A program made the position numbers and the translations under genes. Under the pieces are notes generated by a model. That model was not told the DNA's origin and did not search any database. It saw nothing but the letters and a program-made list of their open reading frames with translations. From Squalus acanthias (taxonomy: Eukaryota), in NCBI GenBank assembly GCA_030390025.1, contig CM059432.1, positions 32,304,001-32,368,000 on the forward strand: a stretch of 64,000 nt of DNA, written 5' to 3'. Positions 1-11,897 of the stretch are shown here, piece by piece (the first letter of the stretch is position 1; the number at the start of each line of letters is the position of its first letter).

Positions 1-595
1 TTTGCAGTCTTCCATTCCACACACACACACACACCCTCCCCCTCCCCAACTCTCCAGATACAAAAGTTTCCCAGAATATGTGGGGGAAACTCTCAGCAGA
101 CTGGCTGCCGGCCGGGTGTGGTTTGGTACTTTCTGTAGACCTGTGTGGTTTTTTTTTGTCTGACTTGTTCTGCTTTCGGTTGGGGGAGGGTAGTTCATAT
201 GTAGGTGGAGGTTTCAGTAAAGTACAAAATTGGCCCAAGTGTCAGTAAGGAGTTATGCCTTTTATTTTAACTTTAGATTTAGCTGTAAAATGATTGCTTC
301 TTCTATACATACCAGTCTCCACGTGAGTTTACAGAAAATCTGGTGCTTTTTTTGCACGGCGAGTCCCTTTACTTTCTCTTTCTTTGCCGGTCATCCTGGT
401 TTGGGTTTAATCTCACTTTACAGCAAGGTGGGATTTGCTGGACTCAGTTCACATTTTGCAATCAACTTGAGCAAATGTTTAATAAGTCAGTAGTGCAGCT
501 AAAGGGTACTGTCGTCCTGCTGGGGTGCCTTTTAAGTCATCTATCAGGTGAGATTGAGCAGGCTGTGGGCTCTTTTCTCTGAAAAAGAGACTAAG

Positions 596-1335
596 AGGAG
601 AGCTGAGAGGGGTCTTTAAAAGTATGAAGAGGGTTCGATAGGGTGGATGTGCAGAAACTGTTTCCACGTGGGTGAGAACAAAGGGGTATAAATATAAGCT
701 AGCCACTTAAAGATCAAAGAAACTATTTAGGAAAATAAAGAACTTGCATTTATGTAGCAACTTTCATGACTTCAGGATGTCCCAAAGCGCTTTACAGCAA
801 TTAAGTATTTTTGAAGTGTGACTGTTTTAGTGATGTTGGTTCATGGATAAGTATTGGCCAGGACACGGGGGAGAACTCATCTGCTCTTCTTCGAGTATTG
901 CCGTGGGCTCTTTTATGTCCACCTGAGAGGGCAGATGGGACCTCAGTTTAACAGGCCTACTCCTGCTCCTATCTTCTATGTTTCTATGTAACATCTCATC
1001 TGAAAGATTGCACCTCTGACAGTGCAGCACTCCCTCAGTACTGCCCTGGAGTGTCAGCCTAGATTACGTACTCAAGTCTCTGCAGTGGAGCTTGAACCCA
1101 CAACCTCTGACTCAGAGGTGAGAGTGCTACCCACTGAGCCAAGGTCGACACGTTAGGAGGTATTTCTTTACACAGAGAGCGCTGAGAATGTGGACCTCAC
1201 TGCCACAAAGAGTGGTTGAAGCAGACAGATTTGACACATTAAAGGAGAGGCTTGATGAATACATGAGAGAGAAGGGAATGGAGGGGTATGGTGGCAAAGT
1301 GAGAAGAGGTAGAGTGAGAGGAGGCTCATGTGGGC
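596..1335 (+). mobile_element. Decayed CR1 LINE 3' fragment, split by a SINE at 736-1151
   Basis: ORF 1188-1409 (WTSLPQRVVEADRFDTLKERLDEYM) resembles the CR1 ORF2 C-terminus seen at 4837-5100 (WNSLPERVVEAG). Similarity is present on both sides of the SINE. Confidence 0.7.
736..1151 (-). mobile_element. tRNA-head, Deu-domain-like SINE with L2-type tail (SacSINE1-like)
   Basis: Reverse complement matches the 10447-10901 copy, from the tail (cttgcattt) to the head (ctgagccaaggtcgacac). Confidence 0.8.
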
Positions 1336-1373
1336 CGAAAGATCCCAGGTTCAATCTAGTTTACCTAGAGTGT

Positions 1374-1497
1374 TTAGAAGAAGGGTCCGCACCCAAAACT
1401 GTTCTCTAAACAGATGTCGACTGGCCTGCTCAGATTTTCCAGCATTTTCTGTTTTCTTTCTGTTTCAGATTTCCACGTCTGCGGTATTTTGCTTTTC
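1374..1497 (+). mobile_element. Penelope-like element 3' terminal (pLTR) fragment
   Basis: cagatgtcgactggcctgctcagattttccagcattttctg resembles the end of the Penelope copy at 16215-16270. It is preceded by a decayed hammerhead-like motif. Confidence 0.6.
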
Positions 1498-2122
1498 ACT
1501 CGTTACTGGGTTTTGTGGAACTCGAGTCAAGTGTTTGGTGGTTACAGGTCTGTCACTGGTGGTTTGGACAATTTGAGGTGATGAATCAAACATGTCATGC
1601 AGGAAACATATTGGCACAACATTAAAGGGTACGAGTGTTAACTCGGCTCAGCAGGTAGCAGTTTCCTCCGAGTCAGAAGGTCGTGGATACAAGTCCCACT
1701 CCAGGGCAGTACTGAGGGAGTGCTGTACTGTTGGAGGTGCCATCATTTGGATTAAATGCTGGATTGAGGTCTTGTCTGTCACTTGGGTGTTGAAAATTCC
1801 ATAGAAGAAGAGCAGCAAGCTCATCTGGTGTTCCAGCAAACATTCCTGCCTCAACCAACACACCTAAAATTAGATTTAGTGGCCATTCACCTCATTGCTA
1901 TCCAATTCTGGCCACTTCATAGAATCATAGAATGGTTACAGCACAGAAGAAGGCCATTCGGCCCGTCGAACCCATGCCAACACTTATGCATCTCCCACTT
2001 AATTCGCTCCACCATTGACGGCTGTGCCCTCAGCTGTCTGATTGTTACACTCCAGGTCTGACATCCAGTACTGGATGAGCAGAAAATTCCTGCAGCTAAC
2101 TATTGGGAAGACCAATGCCATT

Positions 2123-3849
2123 GGCTGCGATTTTCCTTACCTCGGTGGGTCCATGGCGGGCGATGTCGGTGGCGGGTCCTGACCCCACTGCAAGCTCCAA
2201 CCCGCTGTGTGAAATGACTTTCCGTTGATTGGGCTTGTTAAGCCCACCCAGCGTGTTTCCCAGGCCAATTAGAGGAAGCGGGTCTGGTGAGGTCATTTCA
2301 TGATACTTCATCAGCCGGTTTCCTTAAAGGGACCATGGCCACATTTGTCTTGACATTTGTGCTGTCAGTGTTCTACAGCATTGAGGTGCTGCAAACACTG
2401 ACGATGACTGCACAGAGGCAGAGGGCTGCACCCAGGCTCTCCCATGACTCCCTCCATATGCTTATGGAGGAAGTCACAGCACATAGAGAGGTCCTCTTCC
2501 CTTCCCATGGGCAGAAGAGACCTCCCCAGGAGATCAACACAGCCTGGTTGCACATTGCAGAGGAGGGCACACGCAGGGATGTCGTCAGGAGGACCTGGGT
2601 GCAGTGCCACAAATGTTTCAATGATCTCAGTAGATCACGAAAAGTTAGTACAAAACCACGCGCAACCTCATCCTGCTGTGCCTTCTCTACCCTACTCCTG
2701 CACATCCTTACTCACACCAACTTACCTTGGACCTCCACCCATCCCTCTCCATCTATATTATCACATCCCCATCTCACTAGCCACCCCTCACACTCACCCT
2801 CATCCTAGTGCAATCATACCAACTAAAACACAAGGGTAGGCACTGGGTGTTTTATCCAATGTTCATGTAAAGTTTCTGTTAATGTGGTGTCAAACACTGA
2901 AACCTTTATTTTCAACACTTTCCGTTCTTGGACAGATTTGTATGCACCTTTGGAAGTGGCTTAGTGGGTTGCAGTGAATGGTGAGGCATAACGGTACCCC
3001 CCGCAATGGTGGTGAGTGTGAAAGGAATGGCTTGGGCATTGTAGGGATGCTTTATGGTGTTGGTGTGGGGTGGTGCCAACCTGGCGCATCATGTGGCAGC
3101 CAGGGTGTACAGTGTCAAGTGAAGTAAATCTAGCCCTGGTGAGGCCATCCCTGGCCTCCTGGGCAGCAATGTGCTCGGGTGCTGATGCCCTCCGTCCTGT
3201 GCAGCATCAGGTGATTGCGGAGAAGTTTGATGTTGTTGTTGGTGCTGCTGGTGTGGGGGCTGATCGTGGTCGGATTCTGAGGACCAAGATGAGACAGTAT
3301 AAAGGGCACCCATGTTGATGGAATAGATGGCAGGTGAAGTAGAGATGACAGAAGCAATCTGTCGATGGTGAGAGAGTTCTTCCAATGAGGTGAGAATGGT
3401 TGGAGAGTGGAAAGTGGAAAGCCTGCAGAATGTGTGCTGGGAATGGAGTGAGAAAAAGCTTCTGCCTGAGGAAAGTGATGATCTGTCAGGTGGGTGCTTT
3501 TACTGTACATTTGAAGCTGTCAAGTAATCAGCTGGAGCAATAGCCACTGAACTCATGCCTCAGCTTGACAGCCGTGGTCTGCACACAGCGGGGAATCCCA
3601 TGGTCATGAAGTTAAAGAGAAAAGGTAAGTGAAATAAGGCTGTTAAGCATCTGGCAACTAGATGCTAATCATTTTAAATAGGTTCCCCGCCACTGCTGGT
3701 CGGGTCTGCTCAGCGTTGACAGATCCTACATTGGGAAAGGCGCGTGACGACGGATTGACAGCAGGGTCCCGACACGATGTGAAAATGAACCACTTTCCCA
3801 TCCGACCTGCCACCGATCACGTCTGCTAACCTCCCAGAAAATTCCGGCC
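2123..3849 (+). mobile_element. Non-autonomous PIF/Harbinger-like DNA transposon inserted in an L2 fragment
   Basis: Imperfect TIRs GGCTGCGATTTTC / GAAAATTCCGGCC, with ATT duplicated at 2120-2122 and 3850-3852. The L2 sequence (gaagaccaatgccatt|gtcttggg) rejoins across it. Carries a Myb/SANT-like exon. Confidence 0.8.
2404..2643 (+). pseudogene. Myb/SANT-like DNA-binding domain exon of the Harbinger accessory protein (remnant)
   Basis: MTAQRQRAAPRLSHDSLHMLMEEV...EVLFP...AWLHIAEE...RTWVQCHKCFNDL fits the Myb/SANT-like pattern (W..IA...R...QC.K.F.D) and ends at a GTTAGT donor. Confidence 0.75.
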
Positions 3850-4625
3850 ATTGTCTTGGGTTCCCACCAGAAACTCTATTCCCTAGCCACCGACTCCATC
3901 CCTCTCACTGGCAACTGTCTGAGGCGGAACCAAACCGTTTGTAACCTTGGTGTCGTATTTGACCCCGAGATGAGCTTGTGACCACATAGCCACGCTATCA
4001 CTAAGACTGCCTACTTCCACCTCCGTAACATCGCCTGACTCAATCTGCTGCTGAAACTCTCATCCATGCCTTTGTTACTTCTACACTTGACTATTCCAAT
4101 GCTCTCCTGGCCATTCACATCTTCCACCCTCCATAAACTTAAGCTCATCCAAAACTTTGCCGCCTGTATCCTAACTCTCACCAAGTCCCGTTCACCCATC
4201 ACCCCTGTGCTCGCTGACCTACATTGGCTCCCAGTTGAGCAATTCCTTGATTTAAAAATTCTCATCCTTGTTTTCAAATCCCTCCATGGCCTTGCCCATC
4301 CATATCTCTGTAACCTCCTCAAATCCTCCCGAGATATCTGCGCTCCTCTTGCGCATCCCTGATTTTAATCGCTCCACCATTGGCAGCCGTGCCTTCAGCT
4401 GCCAAAGTCCTAAGATCTGGAATTACCTCCATAAACCTCCCCGCATCTCTACCTCTTTTTCTTCCGATAAGACGCTCCTTAAAACTGACCTCTTTAACCT
4501 AGATTTTGGTCATCTGCCCTAATATCTCCTAAGTGGCTCGATGACAAATTTTGTTTGATAGTGCTGCTGTGAAGCACCTTGGGACTATGTTAAAGGCGCT
4601 TTATAAATGCAAGTTGTTGTTGTTG
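3850..4625 (+). mobile_element. L2 LINE 3' fragment (upstream part at about 2050-2122)
   Basis: ORF 4066-4362 has LIQNFAACILT..HITPVLADLHWL-type motifs. The tail is gcgctttataaatgcaagttgttgttgttg. Confidence 0.85.
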
Positions 4626-4836
4626 CTGTACCTGTCTCTCGCTCCTTAAAACCTGCTTCTTTGACCAAGCTTTTGGTCACCTGTCCGAATGTCATAGAGT
4701 CATAGAGTTATACAGCACAGAAAGAGGCCCTTCGGCCCATCGTGTCTGCGCCGGCCATCAAGCCCTGTCTATTCTAATCCCATTTTCCAGCACTTGGTCC
4801 GTAGCCTTGTATGCTATGGCGTTTCAAGTGCTCATC

Positions 4837-7580
4837 TTAATGCTTCTTGAATGTTCCTGCCTCTACCACCCTTTCAGGCAGTGAGTTCCAGATTCCAACC
4901 ACCCTCTGGGTGAAAAAGTTTCTCCTCAAATCTCTTCTAAACCTCCTGCCCCTTACCTTGAAACTATGCCCCCTGGCTATTGACCCCTCTACTAAGGGGA
5001 AAAGTTCCTTTCTTACCCTATCTATGCCCCTCATAATTTTGTACACTTCAATCAGGTCCCCCCTCAGCCTTCTCTGCTCTAAGGAAAACAACCCCAGTCT
5101 GTCCAGTCTCTCTTCATAGCTGAAGCGCTCCAGCCCAGGTAACATCCTGGTGAATCTCCTCTGCACCCTCTCCAATGAAAACACATCCTTCCTATAGTGT
5201 GGCGACCAGAACTGCACACAGTATTCCAATTGTGGCCTAACTAGCGTTTTGTACAGCTCCATCATAACTTCCCTGCCCTTATATTCTATGCCTCGGCTAA
5301 TGAAGGCAAGTATCCCATATGCCTTTTTAACCACCTTATCTACCTGTCCTGCTGCCTTCAGGGATCTATGTACATGCATACCAAGGTCCCTCTGATCCGC
5401 TGTCATTCCTAGGGTCCTACCATTCATTGTGCATTCCCTTGCCTTGTTAGTCCTCCCAAAATGCATCACCTCACACTTTTCAGGGTTAAATTCCATTTGC
5501 CACTGTTCTGCCCATCTAACCAACCCATCTATATCGTCCTCTAGCCTGAGGCTTCCCTCCTCGCTATTTACCACTCCACCAATTTTCGTGTCATCTGCGA
5601 ACTTACTGATCATATCTCCTACATTCATATCTAAATCATTAATGTACACTACAAACAGCAAAGGACCCAGAACCGATCCCTGCGGTACACCACTGGACAC
5701 AGGCTTCCAGTCACAAAAACAACCTTCGACCATCACCCTCTGCCTCCTGCCACTAAGCCAATTTTGGATCCAATGTTCCAAATTGCCCTGGATCCCATGG
5801 GCTCTTACCTTCTTGACCAGTCTCCCATGCGGGACTTTGTCAAAAGCCTTACTGAAGTCCATATAGACCACATCAACTGCACTACCCTCATCCACACACC
5901 TAGTCACCCCCTCGAAAAATTCAATCAAATTGGTCAGACATGATCTCCCCCTGACAAAGCCATGCTGACTATCCTTGATTAATCCTTGCCTCTCCAAGTG
6001 GAGACTAATTCTGTCCCTCAGAATTTTTTCCAATAATTTCCCTACCACTGATGTTAGGCTCACTGGCCTGTAATTCCCTGGTTTATCCCTACTACCCTTC
6101 TTGAATAATGGTACTACGTTAGCTGTTCTCCAGTCCTCTGGCACCTCCCCTGCGGCCAGAGAGGTTCTGAAAATTTGTGTCAGAGCCCCTGCAATCTCCT
6201 CCCTTGCCTCACACAGCAGCCTGCGATACATCTCATCTGGGCCTGGGGATTTATCCACTTTTAAGCCCGCTTAAACCGTGAGTACCTCCTCCCTCTCAAT
6301 ACTAATTTGTTCAAGTATATCACAATCCCCCTGCCTGATTTCTATGCCTACATCGTCCTTCTCCATAGTGAACACAGATGCAAAATATTCATTTAAAACC
6401 TCACCTACATCTTCCGGCTCTACACACAGATTGCCACTTTGGTCCCTAATGGGCCCTACTCTTTCCCTGGTTATCCTCTTGCCCTTAATATACGTATAAA
6501 ACACCTTGGGATTTTCCTTTATTTTGCCCGCCAGTGTTTTTTCATGCCCCCTCTTCACTCTCCTAATTTCTTTTTTAAGTACCCCCCTACACTTTCGATA
6601 CTCCTCTAGGGCTTCCACTGTTTTTAGTCCTTTGTATCTGCCAAAAGCCTCCCTTTTTTTCCTAATCCATTCTTGTATATCCCTTGACATCCAGGGTTCC
6701 CTGGACTTGTTGGTCCCACCCTTGACCTTTACGGGAACATGTTGGCGATGTACTTTCTCTATTTCCTTTCTGAAAGACTCCCACTGCTCTGATGTGGATT
6801 TTCCTACAAGTAGCTGATCCCAGTCCACTTTGGCCAGATCCTGCCTTATCATATTAAAATCGGCCTTCCCCCAATTTAGAACCTTTATTTCCAGTCCATC
6901 TTTGTCCTTTTCCATGACTACCTTAAATCTCACCAAATTATGGTCACTGTCACCAAAATGCTCTCCTACTGACACTTCTACCACTTGCCCGGCTACATTC
7001 CCTAGAATTAGGTCCAGTACCGCCTCCTCTCTTGTAGGACTTTCTACATGCTGGCTCAAAAAGCTCTCCTGGATGCACTTTAAGAATTCCACACCCTCTA
7101 AGCCTTTCACACTCTGATGATCCTAGTTAATATTGGGGAAGTTGAAATCCCCTACTATTATTACCCTATTGTTTCTACACTTCTCTGAGATTTGCCACAT
7201 ATCTGTTCCTCTATCTCCCCCTGACTGTTTGGGGGCCTAAAGTATACTCCCAGCAAAGTGCTTGCCCCCTTTTTGTTTTTAAGTTCTACCCATATGGCCT
7301 CATTAGAGGAACCTGCTAAGATATCATTCCTCCTTACAGCAGCAATTGACTCCTTGATTAATATTGTGACACCCCCTCCTCTTTTACAGCCCCCTCTGTA
7401 TCGTCTGAAGATTCAATACCCCGGAATATTGAGCTGCCAGTCCTGCCCCTCCCTCAACCATGTCGCTGTGATAGCAACAATATCATACTCCCATGTGTTC
7501 ATCAACACCTTCAATTCATCTGCCTTACTCTCAAGACTCTTTGCATTAAAATAAATGCCATCCAGCCTTGCCATACTCCC
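4837..7580 (-). pseudogene. CR1 ORF2 (APE endonuclease + reverse transcriptase), broken by stops and frameshifts
   Basis: RT motifs NYRPVSLTS, DFSKAFDKVPH, GVPQGSVLGP, KFADD in 4837-6258. APE motifs YFNAKSL, DIVAITATWL, LDLIL, GDSDHN are spread over separate ORFs. Confidence 0.9.
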
Positions 7581-7698
7581 TTGTGCCGTTACATATTTGC
7601 TCTGCCTTCCAGGCTGACTTGTTTTTTCCTCTATATTTGGCTGTGCATCACCCCCTATTATAGCTCCACTCCATATCCCATCCCCCTGCCAAGTTAGT

Positions 7699-8643
7699 TT
7701 AAACCCCCCCAACAGTACTAGCAACTCTCCCCGCAAGGATGTTGGTCCCGTTCCGGTTCAGGTGCAACCCGTCCGACTTGTACAGGTCCCACCTTCCCCA
7801 GAAGCAGACCCAGTGATCCAGGAAACTAAAGCCCTCCCTCCTGCACCAACTCTTTAGCCACGCATTCATCTGCTCTATCCTCCTATTCCTATACTCACTA
7901 GCACGTGGCACCGGGAGTAATCCAGAGATTACAACCTTTGAGGTCCTGCTTTTTAATCTGCTACCTAGCTCCCTAAATTCTTGTTGCAGGACCTCATCCC
8001 TCTTTCTACCCATGTTATTGGTACCAATGTGAACCACGACCTCTGACTGTTTGCCCTCCCCCTTCAGAATGCCCTGCAGCCGTTCAGTGACATCCTTGAC
8101 CCTGGCACCAGGGAGGCAACATACCATCCTGGAGTCACGTCTGCGGCCACAGAAATGTTTATCTGTTCCCCTTACGATAGCATCCCCTATCGCTATTGCT
8201 CTCCCACTCTTTTTCCTCCCCTCCTGTGCAGCTGAGCCACTCGTAGTGCCACGGACTTGGCTCTTGCTGCATTCCCCCGAGAAACCATCTCCCCCATCAG
8301 TATCCAAAACGGAAAATCTGTCGTAGAGAGAGATGGACCCAGGGGACTCCTGCACTACCTTCCTAGTTCTTTTACTCTGTCTGGCGGTCACCCATTTCCT
8401 GTCTGCCTGTGCACTCTTTACCTGCAGTGTGACCACCTCATTAAACGTGCTATCCACGAAGATCTCAGCTTTGCGGATGCTCCACAGTGACTCCAGCCAC
8501 AGCTCCAGCTCCAAAATGCAGATTTCGAGTAGCTGCAGCTGGAGACCCTTCCTGCACATGTGTTCGCCCTAGACACTTAAAGTGTCCCTGACTTCCCACA
8601 TAGCACAGGAGGAGCACTCCACGTTGCCGAGCTGCCCTGTCAT
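7699..8643 (-). pseudogene. CR1 ORF1 (Zn-finger/leucine zipper + SGNH esterase) with one in-frame stop
   Basis: ATG at 8643 gives MTGQLGNVECSSCAMWEVRDTLSV*GEHMCRK, continuing to the SGNH blocks IGDAIVRG, PGARVKD, HIGTNN and DGLHLN. Confidence 0.85.
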
Positions 8644-9627
8644 GTCCTACCCTTAATTTACTCCCTTTACTTCCTTTAAATTAAAGAATATTAAATACAC
8701 TAGGGACCTTACTTCCCTTTAAACACTACTTACTCTAAACTAGAGACCTTACTTTTACTTTAACAACTGGACTGTAGAAATACTCACCAGGTCCTACTTA
8801 CCAATCAGCTCCTTCCCTGGTTATGACGTCACTTTAGCGGTTTCGCAGTTGTTGTTGTTTGACTGCTCCCGCTCTCGGAGTCTTTCCTTGGTGTAAAGTG
8901 AGAACCAATTCCCAACTCACAGCACTCTGTTTAAACCGCACTTTTATTTTTCTCCAGATGCAGTTGGGGGGTGTCACAGAGCCGATCTCCCGCTGGTTCT
9001 CTGTCCCCTCTTGTGCAGCTTTTTAGCTCCTGCTCTCCTGGAAGCTGACAAAGATAGAAAAAGAAAGGAACACCTCCCTCCCCAAATTCACTCACTCATT
9101 TACTCACCAAACTCGCAGCTTAACACTCTGTTCTCATTCTTTGGCTCAGTGTCACATTTTTTTGCTTATGCTTCTGTGAAGTACCTTGGAATATTTTACT
9201 ATGTTAAATGTGCTATACAAATGCAAGCTGTTGTGGGTGCTTGCTTTATGCAAAAGGACCGCAATATTTGCCTACATAACAACAATCACTGCACTCCAAA
9301 AGTAATTCTTTGTATTTGAAGCATTGAGAGGCACGATAAGCATCATATAAAGGATTTTTTTTCTTTTAAAGCATATAGCCTTAAGAGCAATTACTCCTGT
9401 TGTATTTTTGGATAAATATAGTAAATAAGCCAATTTATTGTGTATAAAATAGCTGCCGTGATTAACTCCATAATAATAGCAACTACACTTAAAATTAATT
9501 TATTGTATGTCTCTGAAAGAGATGCTAAGGTAGTGTAAAAATAGAAGTGTTTCAACATCAGCAGTGGAAAACAAGTCAAGATTATACATTTTACCAAATA
9601 TACAATCCATATGTTATTATGTATGTT

Positions 9628-10010
9628 ATAGGAACAGGAGTAGGCCATTCAGCCCCTCGAGCCTGTTCCACCATTCAATCAGATCATGACTAATCTGAAC
9701 CTCAATGCCATTTACCCACCTTTGATCCCTTGATACACTTACCCAAAAAATTCTGTCAATCTCAGTTTTAGATGACTTTTGGGGAGCAAGTTCCAGATCG
9801 CTACTGCCCTTTGTGTGAAAAGATGCTTCCTGATCTCACTCCTGAATGGCCTAGCTCTAATTTTTAATTTGTGCCCCTTGTTCTGGATTCTGGATTCCCC
9901 CATAGTTTCTCCGTATCTACCTTATCGGATCCCTTTCTCATTTTAAACACCTCAATTAGATCACCTCTTATGCAACCTGTTGGCATAATTTACCCCTTTA
10001 AGCCCTGGTA
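9628..10010 (-). mobile_element. CR1 3' end fragment
   Basis: taggaacaggagtaggccattcagcccctcgagcc is the reverse complement of the CR1/HE1-type tail. Similar fragments occur at 14225-14540, 42058-42360, 42572-42790 and 47635-48105. Confidence 0.75.
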
Positions 10011-10446
10011 CATAATATAATAAACATTATTCTTGCATTTATATCGTGCTTCATAATGTCGAAATGCCTTAAAGTACTACACAGATTGATTTACTTTTTG
10101 AAGTGCAGTGTTGTTACATAGTCAAGCATGGCAGCCATTCTACACCAGCGATGTCCTACCACCAACAGTGAGATGAATGACCCATTAATCTTCTTTTGGC
10201 GCTATAGGTTGAGAGAGCTACTAGATGGCACTAGTAGGACCCCTGTGGTCACCTTGCATGTAATCCCATCATGCCTGTTATTTTAACAACCTATGAAAGT
10301 ACAAGAAGTTTGAATGATTCATAATTTTTTTGTTGAGAATTGTAGAGTTCCAACTGATGTCCTGAGCGAGATTAGGAAAATCAGCTCCACAGTTGAACCT
10401 ACGATTTGCTGGACCGTCTGGCTCAGGTGGTGCCTTTAACCGCTGA

Positions 10447-10901
10447 GTGTCAGCCATGGCTCAGTTGGTAGCACTCTCGCCTCCAAGTCAGGCGGTTGTG
10501 GGTTCGAGTCCCACTCCAGAGACTTGAGCACAAAAATCTAGCTGACACTCTAGTTCAGTGCTGAGGGAGTGCTGCACTGTAGGAGGTGCCATCTTTCGGA
10601 TGAGACGTCTACCCTCACAGGTTGACGTAAAAGATCCTATGGCACTATTTCGAAGAAGAGCAGGGGAGTTATCCCAGGTGTCCTAGCCAGTATTTATCCC
10701 TCAATCAACATCAATAAAACAGATTATTTGGTCATTATCACATTGCTGTTTATGGGAGCTTGCTGTGCGCAAATTGGTTGCTGCATTTCCTACATTACAA
10801 CAGTGTGGCAAAATATAGGAAACGTACTTCATTGGCTGTAAAGTGCTTTGGGACGTCCAGTGGTTGTGAAAGGCGCTATATAAATGCAAGTCTTTCTTTT
10901 T
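10447..10901 (+). mobile_element. Full-length tRNA-derived Deu-domain-like SINE (SacSINE1-like)
   Basis: Pol III A box TGGCTCAGTTGG, B box GGTTCGAGTCC, conserved body, and L2-like tail aaaggcgctatataaatgcaagtctttc. Confidence 0.88.
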
Positions 10902-11269
10902 GAAGCATTGGGGGTGAGAGTGAGTAAACAGAAAATGATTTCCTAATACAAGTGAATCATAATTCATAGAAAGCAGATCATTCATTTCACAGGAAATATA
11001 TAGGGTTGGGAGTGAGAGAATGGCTATGTGATTTTGTAACCTGCACATGAAGGTTAATGTACCAGTGTGAGAGATCCATAGAGGAGGGATGTACAAAGCA
11101 TAAACACCACCATTATCCTACCATACTGTTCCAGCAGTTCACAGGAAGCCTTTTTTAAAATCCCGTATTCATTTGTGCTTTAGTGACATAACTGCAGTTT
11201 TTATTTTGGTAATTAATTTCTGGGTGACAAACACAAGGAATAGGCGTGTGTGCCTAACAAAAAGAACGG

Positions 11270-11897
11270 AATGACTCCTGCCAACGACCGAAAGCTGCGC
11301 AGAAGCGTACTGCACATTAATCTGCAACCAGGAGCGTCTTTTTTTTTCGACAGAGCATTTTTCCTCACAGCCCGCTCTCTCCCGACATTTTACCTCACAG
11401 CCCGCTCTCTCCCGGCATTTTACCTCACAGCCCGCTTTCTCCCGGCATTTTACCTCACAGCCCGCTCTCTCCCGGCATTTTACCTCACAGCCCACTCTCT
11501 CCTGGCATTTTACCTCACAGCCCGCTCTCTCCCGGCATTTTACCTCACAGCTCGCTCTCTCCCGGCATTTTACCTCACAGCCCGCTCCCTCCCGGCATTT
11601 TACCTCACAGCCCGCTCCCTCCCGGCATTTTACCTCACAGCCCGCTCTCTCCCGGCATTTAAAAAGTTTTTTTTAACGAACCCGCTCCCATGATGAACCG
11701 GCAGCGCGCATGCGCAGTCCGCTTCTGGTTTGTTACGGGAGAAGGTTCGTTAAAAAAATGTTTTAAATGCCGGGAGGGAGCTGGCTGTGAGGAAAAATGC
11801 TGTGAGAGAGGGGGCTGTGAGGAAAAAAGAAGCTTGTGGTTCCAGATTAATGTGCAATACGCTTCTGCGCAGCTTCCGGTCGTTGGCAGGAGTCGTT
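11270..11897. mobile_element. Foldback (long inverted-repeat) element of unknown superfamily
   Basis: The left arm gactcctgccaacgaccgaaagctgcgcagaagcgtactgcacattaatctg is the reverse complement of the right arm ending at 11894. The symmetry continues inward to a short centre at about 11700-11725. Confidence 0.8.
11355..11660. repeat. 30-bp tandem array (cccgctctctcccggcattttacctcacag), about 10 copies
   Basis: Nine full units at 11371-11640 plus partial units on each side, with few substitutions. Confidence 0.95.

Larger units (their letters stand above)
4693..9134 (-). mobile_element. Near full-length CR1-clade LINE (HER1-like), disrupted
   Basis: 3' tail repeat (catagagt)n at 4693, then RT/APE ORF2 pieces, esterase ORF1 and 5' UTR. 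It sits inside an L2 3' UTR that resumes at about 9135. Confidence 0.92.

Noticed and set aside
2287..2808. Host MSANTD/NAIF1-like gene
   Set aside because: It lies between TIRs with a TSD, has a second decayed copy in the window, and lacks downstream exons.
10447..10520. tRNA gene-like A/B boxes (also at 34516, 59672 and others)
   Set aside because: They continue directly into SINE bodies and tails, so they are SINE heads and not tRNA genes.
11169..11693. Repeat-peptide ORFs (FYLTARSLPA)n and (GCEVKCRERA)n
   Set aside because: Translation of a 30-bp tandem array inside an inverted-repeat element, with no other sign of coding.
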